Notes: generated from the letters alone by a model not told the origin. A DNA stretch of 45,920 bases from Nitrospira lenta (GCA_945906715.1 CAMDRK010000001.1:1-45920); one strand, 5' to 3'; shown: positions 16,226 to 24,885, counted from the stretch's first letter. A program made the numbers and translations.

Positions 16226-17004
16226 CAGCCCATCGCCCGACGGAACACTTTGGCGCTCCCGTAGAGACAAAGGGCGTCGAAAATCACCATGACGATCACC
16301 ACCATCCCGACATGGGGGAGCGCCTCGGTCCAGCCTGTCAGAATCAAAGGCCGCACCGCGTCGATTGCCCAGGTCATGGGATTGAAGCGCGCCAGGAACC
16401 CCATCCAGGCAGGCATCCCCGCCAAGGGCACCAAGGCTGAACTCAAGAAAATCGCCGGAAGCGACAGAAACCCCAGGACCGAAAAGAAATCGCCGTGACT
16501 TTTCACGGAAAAGGCCATCGCCATGGAAATCGCCGTGAGACCGACGCCAAAGAGCATCCCGATCATCAAGATCGCCGCAATGCCAAGAAGCCCCGTGGCC
16601 GGCTGGACGCCGAACAGAAAGGCCACCCCGAGAATCACGAGCACTTGGAGTGAGGTAATCGTCATGACAAAAATAAACCGGCTCAGGATCACGGAGCTTC
16701 GATGGATCGGCGTGGTCATCAACCGTTCCAGAAACCCGTTCTCCTTGTCGAACAGCAGATCGACTCCCCCGGCGAGCCCATTGTTGAGCACCGTCATGAC
16801 GACGACGCCGGCCGTCAGGAAGCTGATGTAGTCCGGGGCCTGCGTTATTTGCATATCCGCGGCCCGCTGGAACAGGTTGCCGAAAAAGATCAGCCAGAAC
16901 AGCATCGGCTGCACGAGCGTGAACAACATACTGAACTTCTCACGGCTGAGCCGCTTGACCCACCGCATCGTCAGCGCACTGATTTCTTGCCAATACTCCG
17001 CCAC
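16225..17004 (-). CDS. ABC-2-type transporter permease
   Basis: About six hydrophobic segments and a typical ABC-2 N-terminus (RWVKRLSREKFSMLFTLVQPMLFWLIFFG). GTG 17004 is preceded by GGAGAG. Confidence 0.85.
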   Translation of the reverse strand: MAEYWQEISALTMRWVKRLSREKFSMLFTLVQPMLFWLIFFGNLFQRAADMQITQAPDYISFLTAGVVVMTVLNNGLAGGVDLLFDKENGFLERLMTTPIHRSSVILSRFIFVMTITSLQVLVILGVAFLFGVQPATGLLGIAAILMIGMLFGVGLTAISMAMAFSVKSHGDFFSVLGFLSLPAIFLSSALVPLAGMPAWMGFLARFNPMTWAIDAVRPLILTGWTEALPHVGMVVIVMVIFDALCLYGSAKVFRRAMG

Positions 17005-17013
17005 TGTCTCTCC

Positions 17014-17985
17014 TTATACTGTCTGAATGTCTTGGACCGATTCGGTCATAGACCGCCCTGTGTGGGCGATGAATACGTCGTCCAACCGAGGCCTGTGATA
17101 CTCGATAAATTCCAGTTGGCAATCCAATTGATTGGCGGACTCGAGGATTGCGGGCAGAGCCTTCTCGGGCGACTCAACCCGAATATCCAGGCCGGTCGGC
17201 GTCGCCTTGACCGCTCGCATAGCCGGTTGTTTCGTCAACGCAGTGACCAACGTGGAGATCTTACTCTGGTCCTTCAAGGTCAACGACACGATATCGCCGC
17301 CCAGCCCGATCTTCAGCTCAGCCGGAGATCCGAGTGCCATCAGCTTTCCCTTGTCGATGATGGCCAGCCGATCGCAGAGCCGGTCCGCCTCATCCAAATA
17401 ATTCGTCGTCATCACGATCGTCATGCCGCGCGCCTTCAACATCCTCACGTAGTCCCAGATCCGGAGCCGGCTCTGCACATCCAATCCCAGCGTCGGCTCG
17501 TCGAGGAATAAAATCTTGGGATCAGGGAGAAGACCGCAGGCAATGTCGAGCTTCCGCTTCATTCCCCCGGAGTAGGTTTTCGCCGCGCGATCGGCCGCCT
17601 CTTCCAATTCCACGAGCTTCAGCAGCTCAGCGATGCGTCTCGCAGCTTCGGCCTTGGACAAGTGGTACAGCGCGCCGAGGAGTTCGAGGTGTTCCCGGCC
17701 GGTGAGAAAGCGATCGATGGCCCGCTCTTGAGGCACGTAACCGATGAGTCGGCGGACGACATCCGCCTCGCGCACCGTATCGTGGCCCAAGACGCTGGCC
17801 GTGCCGGACGTCGGCGTCAGCAGCGTGATGAGCGTTCTGAGCGTGGTGCTTTTCCCCGCCCCGTTCGGCCCCAGCAGTCCAAAAATCTCGCCTGCATAGA
17901 CCTCAAACGACAGGTCGGAGACGGCCGTATGCTTATCATAGGCCTTCGTAAGCTGGGACACCTGGATTGCGATGGCGCGATCCAT
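17014..17985 (-). CDS. ABC transporter ATP-binding protein
   Basis: Walker A GPNGAGKST, signature YSGGMKRKL and Walker B ILFLDEPT are present. ATG 17985 shares one base with the upstream stop (TGATG). The track's N-terminal extension is rejected. Confidence 0.9.
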   Translation of the reverse strand: MDRAIAIQVSQLTKAYDKHTAVSDLSFEVYAGEIFGLLGPNGAGKSTTLRTLITLLTPTSGTASVLGHDTVREADVVRRLIGYVPQERAIDRFLTGREHLELLGALYHLSKAEAARRIAELLKLVELEEAADRAAKTYSGGMKRKLDIACGLLPDPKILFLDEPTLGLDVQSRLRIWDYVRMLKARGMTIVMTTNYLDEADRLCDRLAIIDKGKLMALGSPAELKIGLGGDIVSLTLKDQSKISTLVTALTKQPAMRAVKATPTGLDIRVESPEKALPAILESANQLDCQLEFIEYHRPRLDDVFIAHTGRSMTESVQDIQTV

Positions 17986-18674
17986 CAACCCCAGCCCTTC
18001 GCGCCAGATTGATCGTGCATCATGAACTCGATGAGGTCGCTGAGACGGCGGGCTTGTTGGTGAAGACTGTCGGCTTCCAACAGAAACTGCTTTTCCAAGG
18101 GCGTACACTCCAAATAGGTGGATAGGGTATTGACGAAAATCTCGTCGCTGACTTCTTCCCGGAAAAACTCCTGCCATGTCGGCGCGTCGTCGCGGGACCG
18201 GAGATAGGACTCCAGAGTGGTGAACAGGCGTCGGCGGACTGTGGGATCCAGCGACGTCTCTGTGCTCCGAACAGTAATCGAAATCGTGGCCTCACGATAG
18301 GCGTGGTCGTACCACTCGCGTTCAATCTCAAATCGTTCCAGTCCTTGCAGCAGGATGTTGGATCGCCCATCGGCCAAGGACTGCACACTGGCCAATCGAC
18401 CGACACAGCCCATGGAGAACACGGGCGGATGGCCATAATAGTCCGTTTCCCATCCATCCTTGAGCAGGGCCATGCCGATACACTGCCCGCTCATCGCCGC
18501 ATCCGAAACCATGGCGCGGTAGCGCGGCTCAAAGATATGCAGAGGAAGATAGGTCTTAGGGAATAGCGCGATATTCGGAAGCGGGAACACCGGAATTCGA
18601 GTCGGAATGGGAAACGGCGTCGCACTGTGAGGCTGCTCGCGCCCCGGCTGATCTCGCTCGTGATCGGTCTGCAT
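17985..18674 (-). CDS. LON N-terminal (substrate-binding) domain protein, no ATPase or protease domain
   Basis: Reads IPVFPLPNIALFPKTYLPLHIFEPRYRAMV ... GCVGRLASVQSLADGRSNILLQGLERFEI. 229 aa. Confidence 0.8.
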   Translation of the reverse strand: MQTDHERDQPGREQPHSATPFPIPTRIPVFPLPNIALFPKTYLPLHIFEPRYRAMVSDAAMSGQCIGMALLKDGWETDYYGHPPVFSMGCVGRLASVQSLADGRSNILLQGLERFEIEREWYDHAYREATISITVRSTETSLDPTVRRRLFTTLESYLRSRDDAPTWQEFFREEVSDEIFVNTLSTYLECTPLEKQFLLEADSLHQQARRLSDLIEFMMHDQSGAKGWG

Positions 18675-18842
18675 AGTTCACGATAGCTGATGGCCGACAA
18701 AGTTGTCAACGGCGAGAGATGGACATCCTTCACCCATCGAGTTGAATAAAACCCTTATCAATACAGGAGATTTGTGCCGCCTGGCGAAGCGTGGTATAAG
18801 CGCACCCGACGATTCCTCCGCTTCATGGTCGGGCCGTTGCAC

Positions 18843-19976
18843 ATGCATAAATTACTGCGCGATCTCCGGTGCCTCTTAGTCCTTGCGAGTAGTCTGCTGG
18901 TCGTCGTGCCAGGACTCGCAGCCGATACAGCACAAGAATTCCAAGTCGCCACGGAAGGCTATCGATATTCGTTCCCGCGCGATCACGGAGCGCATGAAGC
19001 GTTTCGCACCGAATGGTGGTACTACACCGGCCAGGTCACAACGAAAGACGGTCGGCCATTCGGCTATGAACTCACCTTCTTTCGCCGTGGCATGCCGCGC
19101 GAACAGACGAAGACCCTTCCGTCGAAGTGGGCCGTCTCTCACCTGTACCTGGCCCATTTTGCCATCAGCGACCTCAGTAAGGGCCGGTTTCACTATGCAG
19201 ACAAAATGAGCCGGGCTGGGCTGGGTAAGGCCGGCGCGGCGCAGGATCGGCTCCATGTCTGGATCGATCAGTGGAGCGCCGAATCGCCATCGGCCGCTCC
19301 CGGCACGCAAACCCTCCAGGCAGCGGAGGGCGACATAGCTATCCAATTCACGGTCTCGTCGGGAAAACCGCTGGTCGTGCATGGCACAGCCGGAATCAGC
19401 CGCAAAGGCTCAGTCGCCGGACAGGCCTCTCACTACTATTCCTTCACCAGACTGGCCACGACCGGCAAACTCACGATCGGAAATGAATCGTTCGACGTGA
19501 CCGGCACAAGTTGGATGGACCATGAGTTCGGGTCCGCCGATCTCGACAAAGATCTGGTCGGATGGGACTGGTTCAGTCTGCAACTCGACGACCAGAGGGA
19601 ACTCATGCTCTACCGGCTCCGCCGAGCTGACGGATCGGCCCACCCTGCCTCGAGCGGCACGTTGATCGACCGAGACGGCCATGGGCGCCATCTTGAGCTC
19701 GGAGACTTCACATTAGAACCGACGAGCTACTGGACCAGCCCTACAAGCAAGGCCCGCTACCCTCAGCGTTGGCGCCTAACCATTCCCTCGCAACAACTCT
19801 CGCTGGAACTGGTCCCCCGCATGGCAGAGCAAGAACTCTCCCCCAAACGCAGCACCCAAATTACCTATTGGGAGGGCGCCATCGAGACCACCGGCACGGC
19901 ACAAGGAAAGCCCATTCACGGACAGGGCTACATGGAACTGACCGGCTATGCGGAACGAATCCCCAGCACGATGTGA
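18843..19976 (+). CDS. secreted CrtC/AttH-like lipocalin-domain hydrolase-hydratase family protein
   Basis: Contains FPRDHGAHEAFRTEWWYYTGQV ... SWMDHEFGS ... WDWFSLQL. The signal-like start MHKLLRDLRCLLVLASSLLVVVPGLAA is at ATG 18843 (18825 or 18774 are also possible). Confidence 0.75.
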   Translation: MHKLLRDLRCLLVLASSLLVVVPGLAADTAQEFQVATEGYRYSFPRDHGAHEAFRTEWWYYTGQVTTKDGRPFGYELTFFRRGMPREQTKTLPSKWAVSHLYLAHFAISDLSKGRFHYADKMSRAGLGKAGAAQDRLHVWIDQWSAESPSAAPGTQTLQAAEGDIAIQFTVSSGKPLVVHGTAGISRKGSVAGQASHYYSFTRLATTGKLTIGNESFDVTGTSWMDHEFGSADLDKDLVGWDWFSLQLDDQRELMLYRLRRADGSAHPASSGTLIDRDGHGRHLELGDFTLEPTSYWTSPTSKARYPQRWRLTIPSQQLSLELVPRMAEQELSPKRSTQITYWEGAIETTGTAQGKPIHGQGYMELTGYAERIPSTM

Positions 19977-20031
19977 CCGCGCTCGGTGCCATTCCGAGTG
20001 AAGCATATTTCGTGAGGCGCGAGCGGTGGAG

Positions 20032-20448
20032 CTAGGATTTACGTTTGAGGTGGTGGAGGAAGTTCGTCACGGAAACGATCTCGACCGAATCAACCTTGTG
20101 GAGGGAAAGCAGGTCATTGTCCCCACTGACAAGCCAGGGCACTCTTCCCGATATCGCACAGGCAAGAAATTTCATGTCGTCTGGATCTCTCAGTGTTGGG
20201 ACCGAGATGGGTTTTGCCCGAACGGTGTCAACAAAAGGGAGGAGATCTTCTTCAATGAGGCCGACAATCTCCGAACTCGTAAGCTTGAATTTGGGATAGG
20301 CCAGCACACGAATATATTCTTCCAGTATCTCGGCTGAGACGACTGGGCAGAGACGACCACCTTGCCAAGCTGGAACAAGCTGAGAGGGAGGACCGGTGAA
20401 CAGTAGAGCCGAAACGAGGACGTTGGTGTCCAGGACAGCTCGGATCAC
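20032..20448 (-). CDS. PIN-domain toxin (VapC-like)
   Basis: Contains VLDTNVLVSAL ... DPDDMKFLACA ... LVSGDNDLL. GTG 20448 overlaps the antitoxin stop (GTGA). The track start at 20478 is an alternative. Confidence 0.8.
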   Translation of the reverse strand: MIRAVLDTNVLVSALLFTGPPSQLVPAWQGGRLCPVVSAEILEEYIRVLAYPKFKLTSSEIVGLIEEDLLPFVDTVRAKPISVPTLRDPDDMKFLACAISGRVPWLVSGDNDLLSLHKVDSVEIVSVTNFLHHLKRKS

Positions 20449-20693
20449 CGCCGCCGCCGCCCTTGCCCCCTGGCCCACTGAATGGCCTGGCCGATGTCAG
20501 AAGACTTGATCCCCAGATCGCGTATTTTCTTTCGGATGGTCGCGAGCCGACTCCCATGCTCTGCGACAGTGACCGGTCGGAGCACCACGTTTCCTTCCCG
20601 TAGGGACACATCGAAGTAGTCGGTGTCCGGTATCTCGCTCAGAATCTTCTTCGGCAACGTCACTTGGTTCTTCGATGTCTTCTTGGCTAACAT
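20445..20693 (-). CDS. AbrB/SpoVT-type antitoxin (VapB-like)
   Basis: MLAKKTSKNQVTLPKKILSEIPDTDYFDV is a swapped-hairpin-type N-terminus. Start set at ATG 20693. Confidence 0.75.
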   Translation of the reverse strand: MLAKKTSKNQVTLPKKILSEIPDTDYFDVSLREGNVVLRPVTVAEHGSRLATIRKKIRDLGIKSSDIGQAIQWARGQGRRRR

Positions 20694-20842
20694 GGGCCGT
20701 ACCTCCGGAAATTCAGAATATCTTACTTCCTTACTATAAGGCAACTGAACGCCTATCGCCCTGCAGTTTAGCAGCTTCCGGAAGCTGCTATGCCGGCGGT
20801 GCGCCGCACCACCTGGTCGATCGACACCATTTCTTACTCAAC

Positions 20843-20972
20843 GGTCCCTCTCAAGCTCGCTCGTTATCCTCTTTTAGGGGTGGCCTGGGTTGGTCCCCAA
20901 CTGCGCGCATCGGACGAGCACAGTTTTATCGTGCGCGTTCTGCGAGCACGGGGGACCAACCAGGTTACCCCT
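20843..20972 (+). repeat. PCORE element, B-type, single copy
   Basis: Leader GGTCCCTCTCAAGCTCGCTCG, then AGGGGTGGCCTGGGTTGGTCCCC-AACTGCGCGCATCGGACGAGCACAG..GTGCGCGTTCTGCGAGCACG-GGGGACCAACCAGGTTACCCCT. Ends at the stop of the EcsC-like gene. Confidence 0.8.
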
Positions 20973-21751
20973 TACATCCGCTCATATTCCGCCCGCACCA
21001 ACTGCGGGGCATATGTGCGCTCTAACCTTCTGACAATGAAGTGGCCCCGTGCCATCTCCTGGAAATGGTCGATGAACAGGACGTTGATCACGACGCCTCC
21101 GGCAGCACCGATCACCGGGACAGCTTGCGCGGCGACCTTCTCGGAGACATTCACGCCGAAGCGCGTAGCCAATTGTGCGATGAGCCTGACGATTGCTGGC
21201 GCGCCCTCCTCCACCAAACCTCTCTGGGCAATGTACCCCGCAGCCTCTGAAACCGATTTCGCCAGAGCGGCACGCATCAGGAAGTAGGCAGATTCGCTCG
21301 CGTCATCGCTCTTACTGGGCCCGCCAAGAGCGAAGACCTCAAGGCAGGCCAGTTTGGCATCCGGCATCCGGAGATGTTCACCCTCACTGCGTGCGATATC
21401 TGCAATAGAGCGCAGCATGATCGTGGTGGAGAGGGGCAGTTCAAATGGGAGACCAAGCAATCCGAAGGCACCTCCCCCAGCACCGGTCGCCACCACGGCA
21501 AGCTTGTGCAGCAACTCCCAAGAGTTCGCCTGCGGTTTGTCGTCAAGCGTCAGCAATGCGGCCTGTAGTGCCGTCTCCAGCGACCTCCTTGTCGCCTCAT
21601 TGACGACCTGTGCCCATTTCTCCGGAAGCAGCTGGAGGGCCTTCTCAATCGGCATGCCGATCAATCCCGTGATCTTCGCAGCAAGGCCAGGATTCTCAAG
21701 GAGAGCCTTCGCGTATCGCAGAGCTTCCTTATCTTCGTATGATAGATTCAC
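20972..21751 (-). CDS. EcsC-family protein (assignment from memory)
   Basis: Contains LRYAKALLENPGLAAKITGLIGMPIEKALQLLPEKW and the Gly-rich VATGAGGGAFGLLGLPFELP. 259 aa. Confidence 0.6.
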   Translation of the reverse strand: MNLSYEDKEALRYAKALLENPGLAAKITGLIGMPIEKALQLLPEKWAQVVNEATRRSLETALQAALLTLDDKPQANSWELLHKLAVVATGAGGGAFGLLGLPFELPLSTTIMLRSIADIARSEGEHLRMPDAKLACLEVFALGGPSKSDDASESAYFLMRAALAKSVSEAAGYIAQRGLVEEGAPAIVRLIAQLATRFGVNVSEKVAAQAVPVIGAAGGVVINVLFIDHFQEMARGHFIVRRLERTYAPQLVRAEYERM

Positions 21752-21975
21752 GCGACCCTCATTCTCCCTGGAATATCACTCGCTCATATGGACTTGTCAA
21801 TTGCCCAGACTCAGACATGGAAGCCACTGTCGATTTTAACCGATCCAGACGACTAACTTACGTCGACAATACATCAGTCACGCGCTCCACGCCTCACGCC
21901 AGACCATGACCTTGACTCCCCTCCAACCGCTGTGATTAGGTCTCTCGCCGATCTTCTCTGTACAGGCTATCCATC

Positions 21976-23028
21976 ATGAACATGCTTCGATCCCGCCAGA
22001 TCCAGCCACTGTTACTCGCGTGCGCCCTCGCCCTATTCCTCTGCTTAACCAGCGCCGGCTGTCAAAAGGAGAGCGAGGCGATTGTCTCGATTGCCCTGCA
22101 CCCGACGAACGCGAACATTCTCTATGTGGCGACGAACGATGCGGTCTATAAATCGCGCGATGAGGGCCAGCTGTGGGAGCGGTTCCCGAGTTTCAGCGCC
22201 AGGCGGGTGACGACGCTCGCGATCGATCCTGAATTTCCCGCCACGATCTATGCCGGCACCATGGCCGATGCCGTCTACAAGAGCCCGGATGGCGGGCAAC
22301 ATTGGCTTCCCCACAACGTCGGACTCAAAGAACACGTCTCCTTCATCAATCAATTCGTTTTCCACCCGACAGACCACGACCAGATCTACGCCGCCACGAC
22401 CGTCGGCGCCTTTTATACCAAAGACGGCGGGCGGGAATGGGAAGAACGCATGGCGGGGATGAAGGAAGTCCACATCGTGGTCTCCATCGCCATTCATCCC
22501 CGCGATCCTCGGGTTCTCTATGCAGGAACGACGGGAGGGGTCTACCGATCCGACAACGCGGCAATGGGATGGAAGAAAATCAACAATGGCCTGATTCCCG
22601 AACAGGAGCTAATGGGGGCGATGGCGCTGGGGGTCAATATGATCGTCTTCGATGTGGTCAACCCGGACATCCTCTATGCCGGAACTACGAAGGGCCTTTT
22701 CCGTACCGCGACGCGCGGGGAACAGTGGGAGCGAATCGGGCAATCGCTCCCCGATCTCTTCGTCAGCAGTATCCTCCTCGACCCGGCCCAGCCGAAAACC
22801 CTCTATATCGGTGGAACGGGGGGAGTCTGGAAAAGCCCTGACAGCGGGCAGACCTGGACCGCCATCAACAGCGGTTTAGGCTCACTGAATATTCGGGCCC
22901 TGGCGATGAGCCAGCGCGATCCGCGCCTCCTCTATGCCGGCACGAATGGCAGCGGCCTCTACCGCTCGACCGACTCCGGCGCAACCTGGACGCCCCTGCC
23001 GCTCAAGGCCGCGCCGGCTCAACCTTAG
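21976..23028 (+). CDS. BNR/Asp-box-like beta-propeller lipoprotein (Ycf48-like)
   Basis: Lipobox LTSAGC. Repeated blocks read LYAGT..G.Y(K/R)S.D.G..W. 350 aa. Confidence 0.75.
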   Translation: MNMLRSRQIQPLLLACALALFLCLTSAGCQKESEAIVSIALHPTNANILYVATNDAVYKSRDEGQLWERFPSFSARRVTTLAIDPEFPATIYAGTMADAVYKSPDGGQHWLPHNVGLKEHVSFINQFVFHPTDHDQIYAATTVGAFYTKDGGREWEERMAGMKEVHIVVSIAIHPRDPRVLYAGTTGGVYRSDNAAMGWKKINNGLIPEQELMGAMALGVNMIVFDVVNPDILYAGTTKGLFRTATRGEQWERIGQSLPDLFVSSILLDPAQPKTLYIGGTGGVWKSPDSGQTWTAINSGLGSLNIRALAMSQRDPRLLYAGTNGSGLYRSTDSGATWTPLPLKAAPAQP

Positions 23029-23048
23029 CCTCGACCTTAGCCTTTCAG
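23018..23048. repeat. single-arm fragment of CCTCAA/CCTTAG hexamer repeat
   Basis: CTCAACCTTAGCCTCGACCTTAGCCTTTCAG resembles the right arm of the 39222-39312 hairpin. I see no partner arm. It contains the TAG of CDS 21976-23028. Confidence 0.5.
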
Positions 23049-23527
23049 TAGCCTGACTTCGGCGCCGCCTCGCTAGGTTTATATCGACTGCTGTAGGCCA
23101 ACATCTGGTCCGACAAGGTCTTCCACTCCTCGGCCGTCATGAGATCCTTCATCCTGAAACGGAGCAAGAGAATCTTCGTTGCCGACTGCATTCGCCGATT
23201 GTTTGCGTCATCCAGGGCGTTGGTAAACTCTTCCGGGGTCGCCGCGTAGTTTGCGCTCAACTCATAGAGCCGACGATGCCCCGCGCGCTCCAGCTCGCGG
23301 CTAGCCTTCAACTCCGTGACAATCTCGCTCACGATCGATTTGACCTGCCCGGCCTTCTCCTGATCCTTGACTGTCCGATCGATCAAGGCGGCCATGTCCT
23401 GCTGACCCTTCTGCCAGTAGGCCTCCCCTTTCCCTTCGCCGCCCATCCCATGGTGACGGTGGGACGAACAACCGGCCAAGGTGAGCACGACAACGAGTCC
23501 GATAACATATCCCTGAATGCGCGTCAT
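23045..23527 (-). CDS. periplasmic lipoprotein, possibly Spy/CpxP-like
   Basis: Lipobox LTLAGC with a strong SD (AAAGAGGAGG) before ATG 23527. The body is helical and charged. The family call is weak. Confidence 0.6.
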   Translation of the reverse strand: MTRIQGYVIGLVVVLTLAGCSSHRHHGMGGEGKGEAYWQKGQQDMAALIDRTVKDQEKAGQVKSIVSEIVTELKASRELERAGHRRLYELSANYAATPEEFTNALDDANNRRMQSATKILLLRFRMKDLMTAEEWKTLSDQMLAYSSRYKPSEAAPKSGY

Positions 23528-23546
23528 AAAAAAACCTCCTCTTTAT

Positions 23547-23684
23547 GGTCTATCTGGACTATCCAGTCGGTCTGGTCTGTCTTGTTTATTTGGTTTGTTT
23601 GGCTTGTCTTGTTTATTTGGTTGAATCAGACCAACTCGATGAACTAACCAAACCAAATAGACCAGATCAACCAGACAAACCAGG
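23547..23684. repeat. periodic-repeat hairpin, nonamer family, with conserved central core
   Basis: Long GGTCT/GTTTG-type left arm (23547-23629), then core TTTGGTTGAATCAGACCAACTCGATGAACTAACC, then right arm AACCAAACCAAATAGACCAGATCAACCAGACAAACCAGG. Lies between divergent genes. Confidence 0.85.
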
Positions 23685-23741
23685 CTTGCCCAGGCCTGTT
23701 GTCACAACGGCGATGCTTCTCGTATCATCCTTCTAATTACT

Positions 23742-24086
23742 ATGTCTGAACTGACTGCTCCCCCAACCGATCATACCTTGGCGCTTCGAGAGGAATTTCG
23801 CCATCACCTCGAAATGTTCTATGCCCAGCTCAAGCTGGCGCCGCCCTATGAGAGCGTGGAGAAGGCCATTCGTTCCCTCACGACTTCGATCCACGCTCTG
23901 CCGCCGTTGGAACGAGCGAGCCTGGCCACCGATGCTACAGCGCGCTGGCAGCATTTTCGCCAGGCCTTTGAATCGTCCGGGCTCAGCAAGAAACATCGAG
24001 GCATCATCGCCGGTCTCGCCCGCAACCGGTCCAGCCTGAATCTTCCTGCCGAATATGATCTGTTCTTGAGTCTGTATCTCTCCTGA
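23742..24086 (+). CDS. hypothetical protein
   Basis: 114-aa ORF with reasonable composition and no recognisable motifs. Flanked on both sides by nonamer-repeat hairpins. Confidence 0.45.
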   Translation: MSELTAPPTDHTLALREEFRHHLEMFYAQLKLAPPYESVEKAIRSLTTSIHALPPLERASLATDATARWQHFRQAFESSGLSKKHRGIIAGLARNRSSLNLPAEYDLFLSLYLS

Positions 24087-24087
24087 A

Positions 24088-24198
24088 TTGGTCTGTCTGG
24101 TCTGTTCGGTCTATCTGGTCTATTCGGTCTGTCTGGTTGCATGAGACTAACCAGATCGACCAGACAGACAAGAAAGACCGAACAGACCAGACAGACCC
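24088..24198. repeat. periodic-repeat hairpin, nonamer family, most regular copy
   Basis: Left arm is five 9-nt units: GGTCTGTCT GGTCTGTTC GGTCTATCT GGTCTATTC GGTCTGTCT GGTT. The loop is GCATGAGACT. The right arm is AACC AGATCGACC AGACAGACA AGAAAGACC GAACAGACC AGACAGACC. Confidence 0.9.
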
Positions 24199-24206
24199 GG
24201 CTTGTT

Positions 24207-24863
24207 TCAAGACGGCAGTCTTGTTCCCTCAATCGCCTCCCTGAGTTCTTGATACAGCATCATGAGCCGGGCATTCTCCAGCCGATAGGCAAATACGACC
24301 GTAATGGCGCCTGAGAGTAAAAAAACAGCTCCCAACCCGATAATCCCGAACGCCAGCACCGTTCCACCAGGCGCCGTCATTTCTCCCTCGATGAACAAGG
24401 AGATCACCGCCCCCACCGTACCGACAGCCACCACGGCAAACCAGAGCGCGGTAAGAAGCGCCGAGGACCAGGGAGTGAGTTTTCTGCAGAGCACCGCCAG
24501 CGCATCGCCTTCAGGAGACAGGGAGATCAGCCCTTTCAATGGCCACAAGGTTCGAAAGCCCATAACGAACAGCCGGTATTTCTGGCGAATCACAATCTGG
24601 TTCACATCCCGGGACAACCGGGCAGTTCCATGCGGCAATGTCAAGAAACCGCCGGCATCGAACCGGTCGGCCAGCTGCATCATGGTCGTATGCGTGAATC
24701 GATCCTGCGTGCGGGCCACTCCGCATCCATACCGCCCGGCATCCGGTGTGAGACGCATAAAGTAGAACCAGTCTCCAAGAATGAGGCCGAGGCACATGGC
24801 ACCCGCGAAAAAGCCAGCGAGAATCATGCCGGTACCTATCCCATAGGGACGCAGATGAATCAA
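24207..24863 (-). CDS. hypothetical membrane protein
   Basis: 218 aa with hydrophobic segments at the N-terminus and in the C-terminal third. No motifs recognised. Confidence 0.55.
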   Translation of the reverse strand: MIHLRPYGIGTGMILAGFFAGAMCLGLILGDWFYFMRLTPDAGRYGCGVARTQDRFTHTTMMQLADRFDAGGFLTLPHGTARLSRDVNQIVIRQKYRLFVMGFRTLWPLKGLISLSPEGDALAVLCRKLTPWSSALLTALWFAVVAVGTVGAVISLFIEGEMTAPGGTVLAFGIIGLGAVFLLSGAITVVFAYRLENARLMMLYQELREAIEGTRLPS

Positions 24864-24885
24864 GGGATGGGCCTAAGATAATCTG

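Noticed and set aside
16702-17511. 269-aa + strand ORF
   Set aside because: It is antisense to the ABC ATPase/permease genes, which have unambiguous Walker and signature motifs. The peptide is His/Arg/Gln/Pro-rich.
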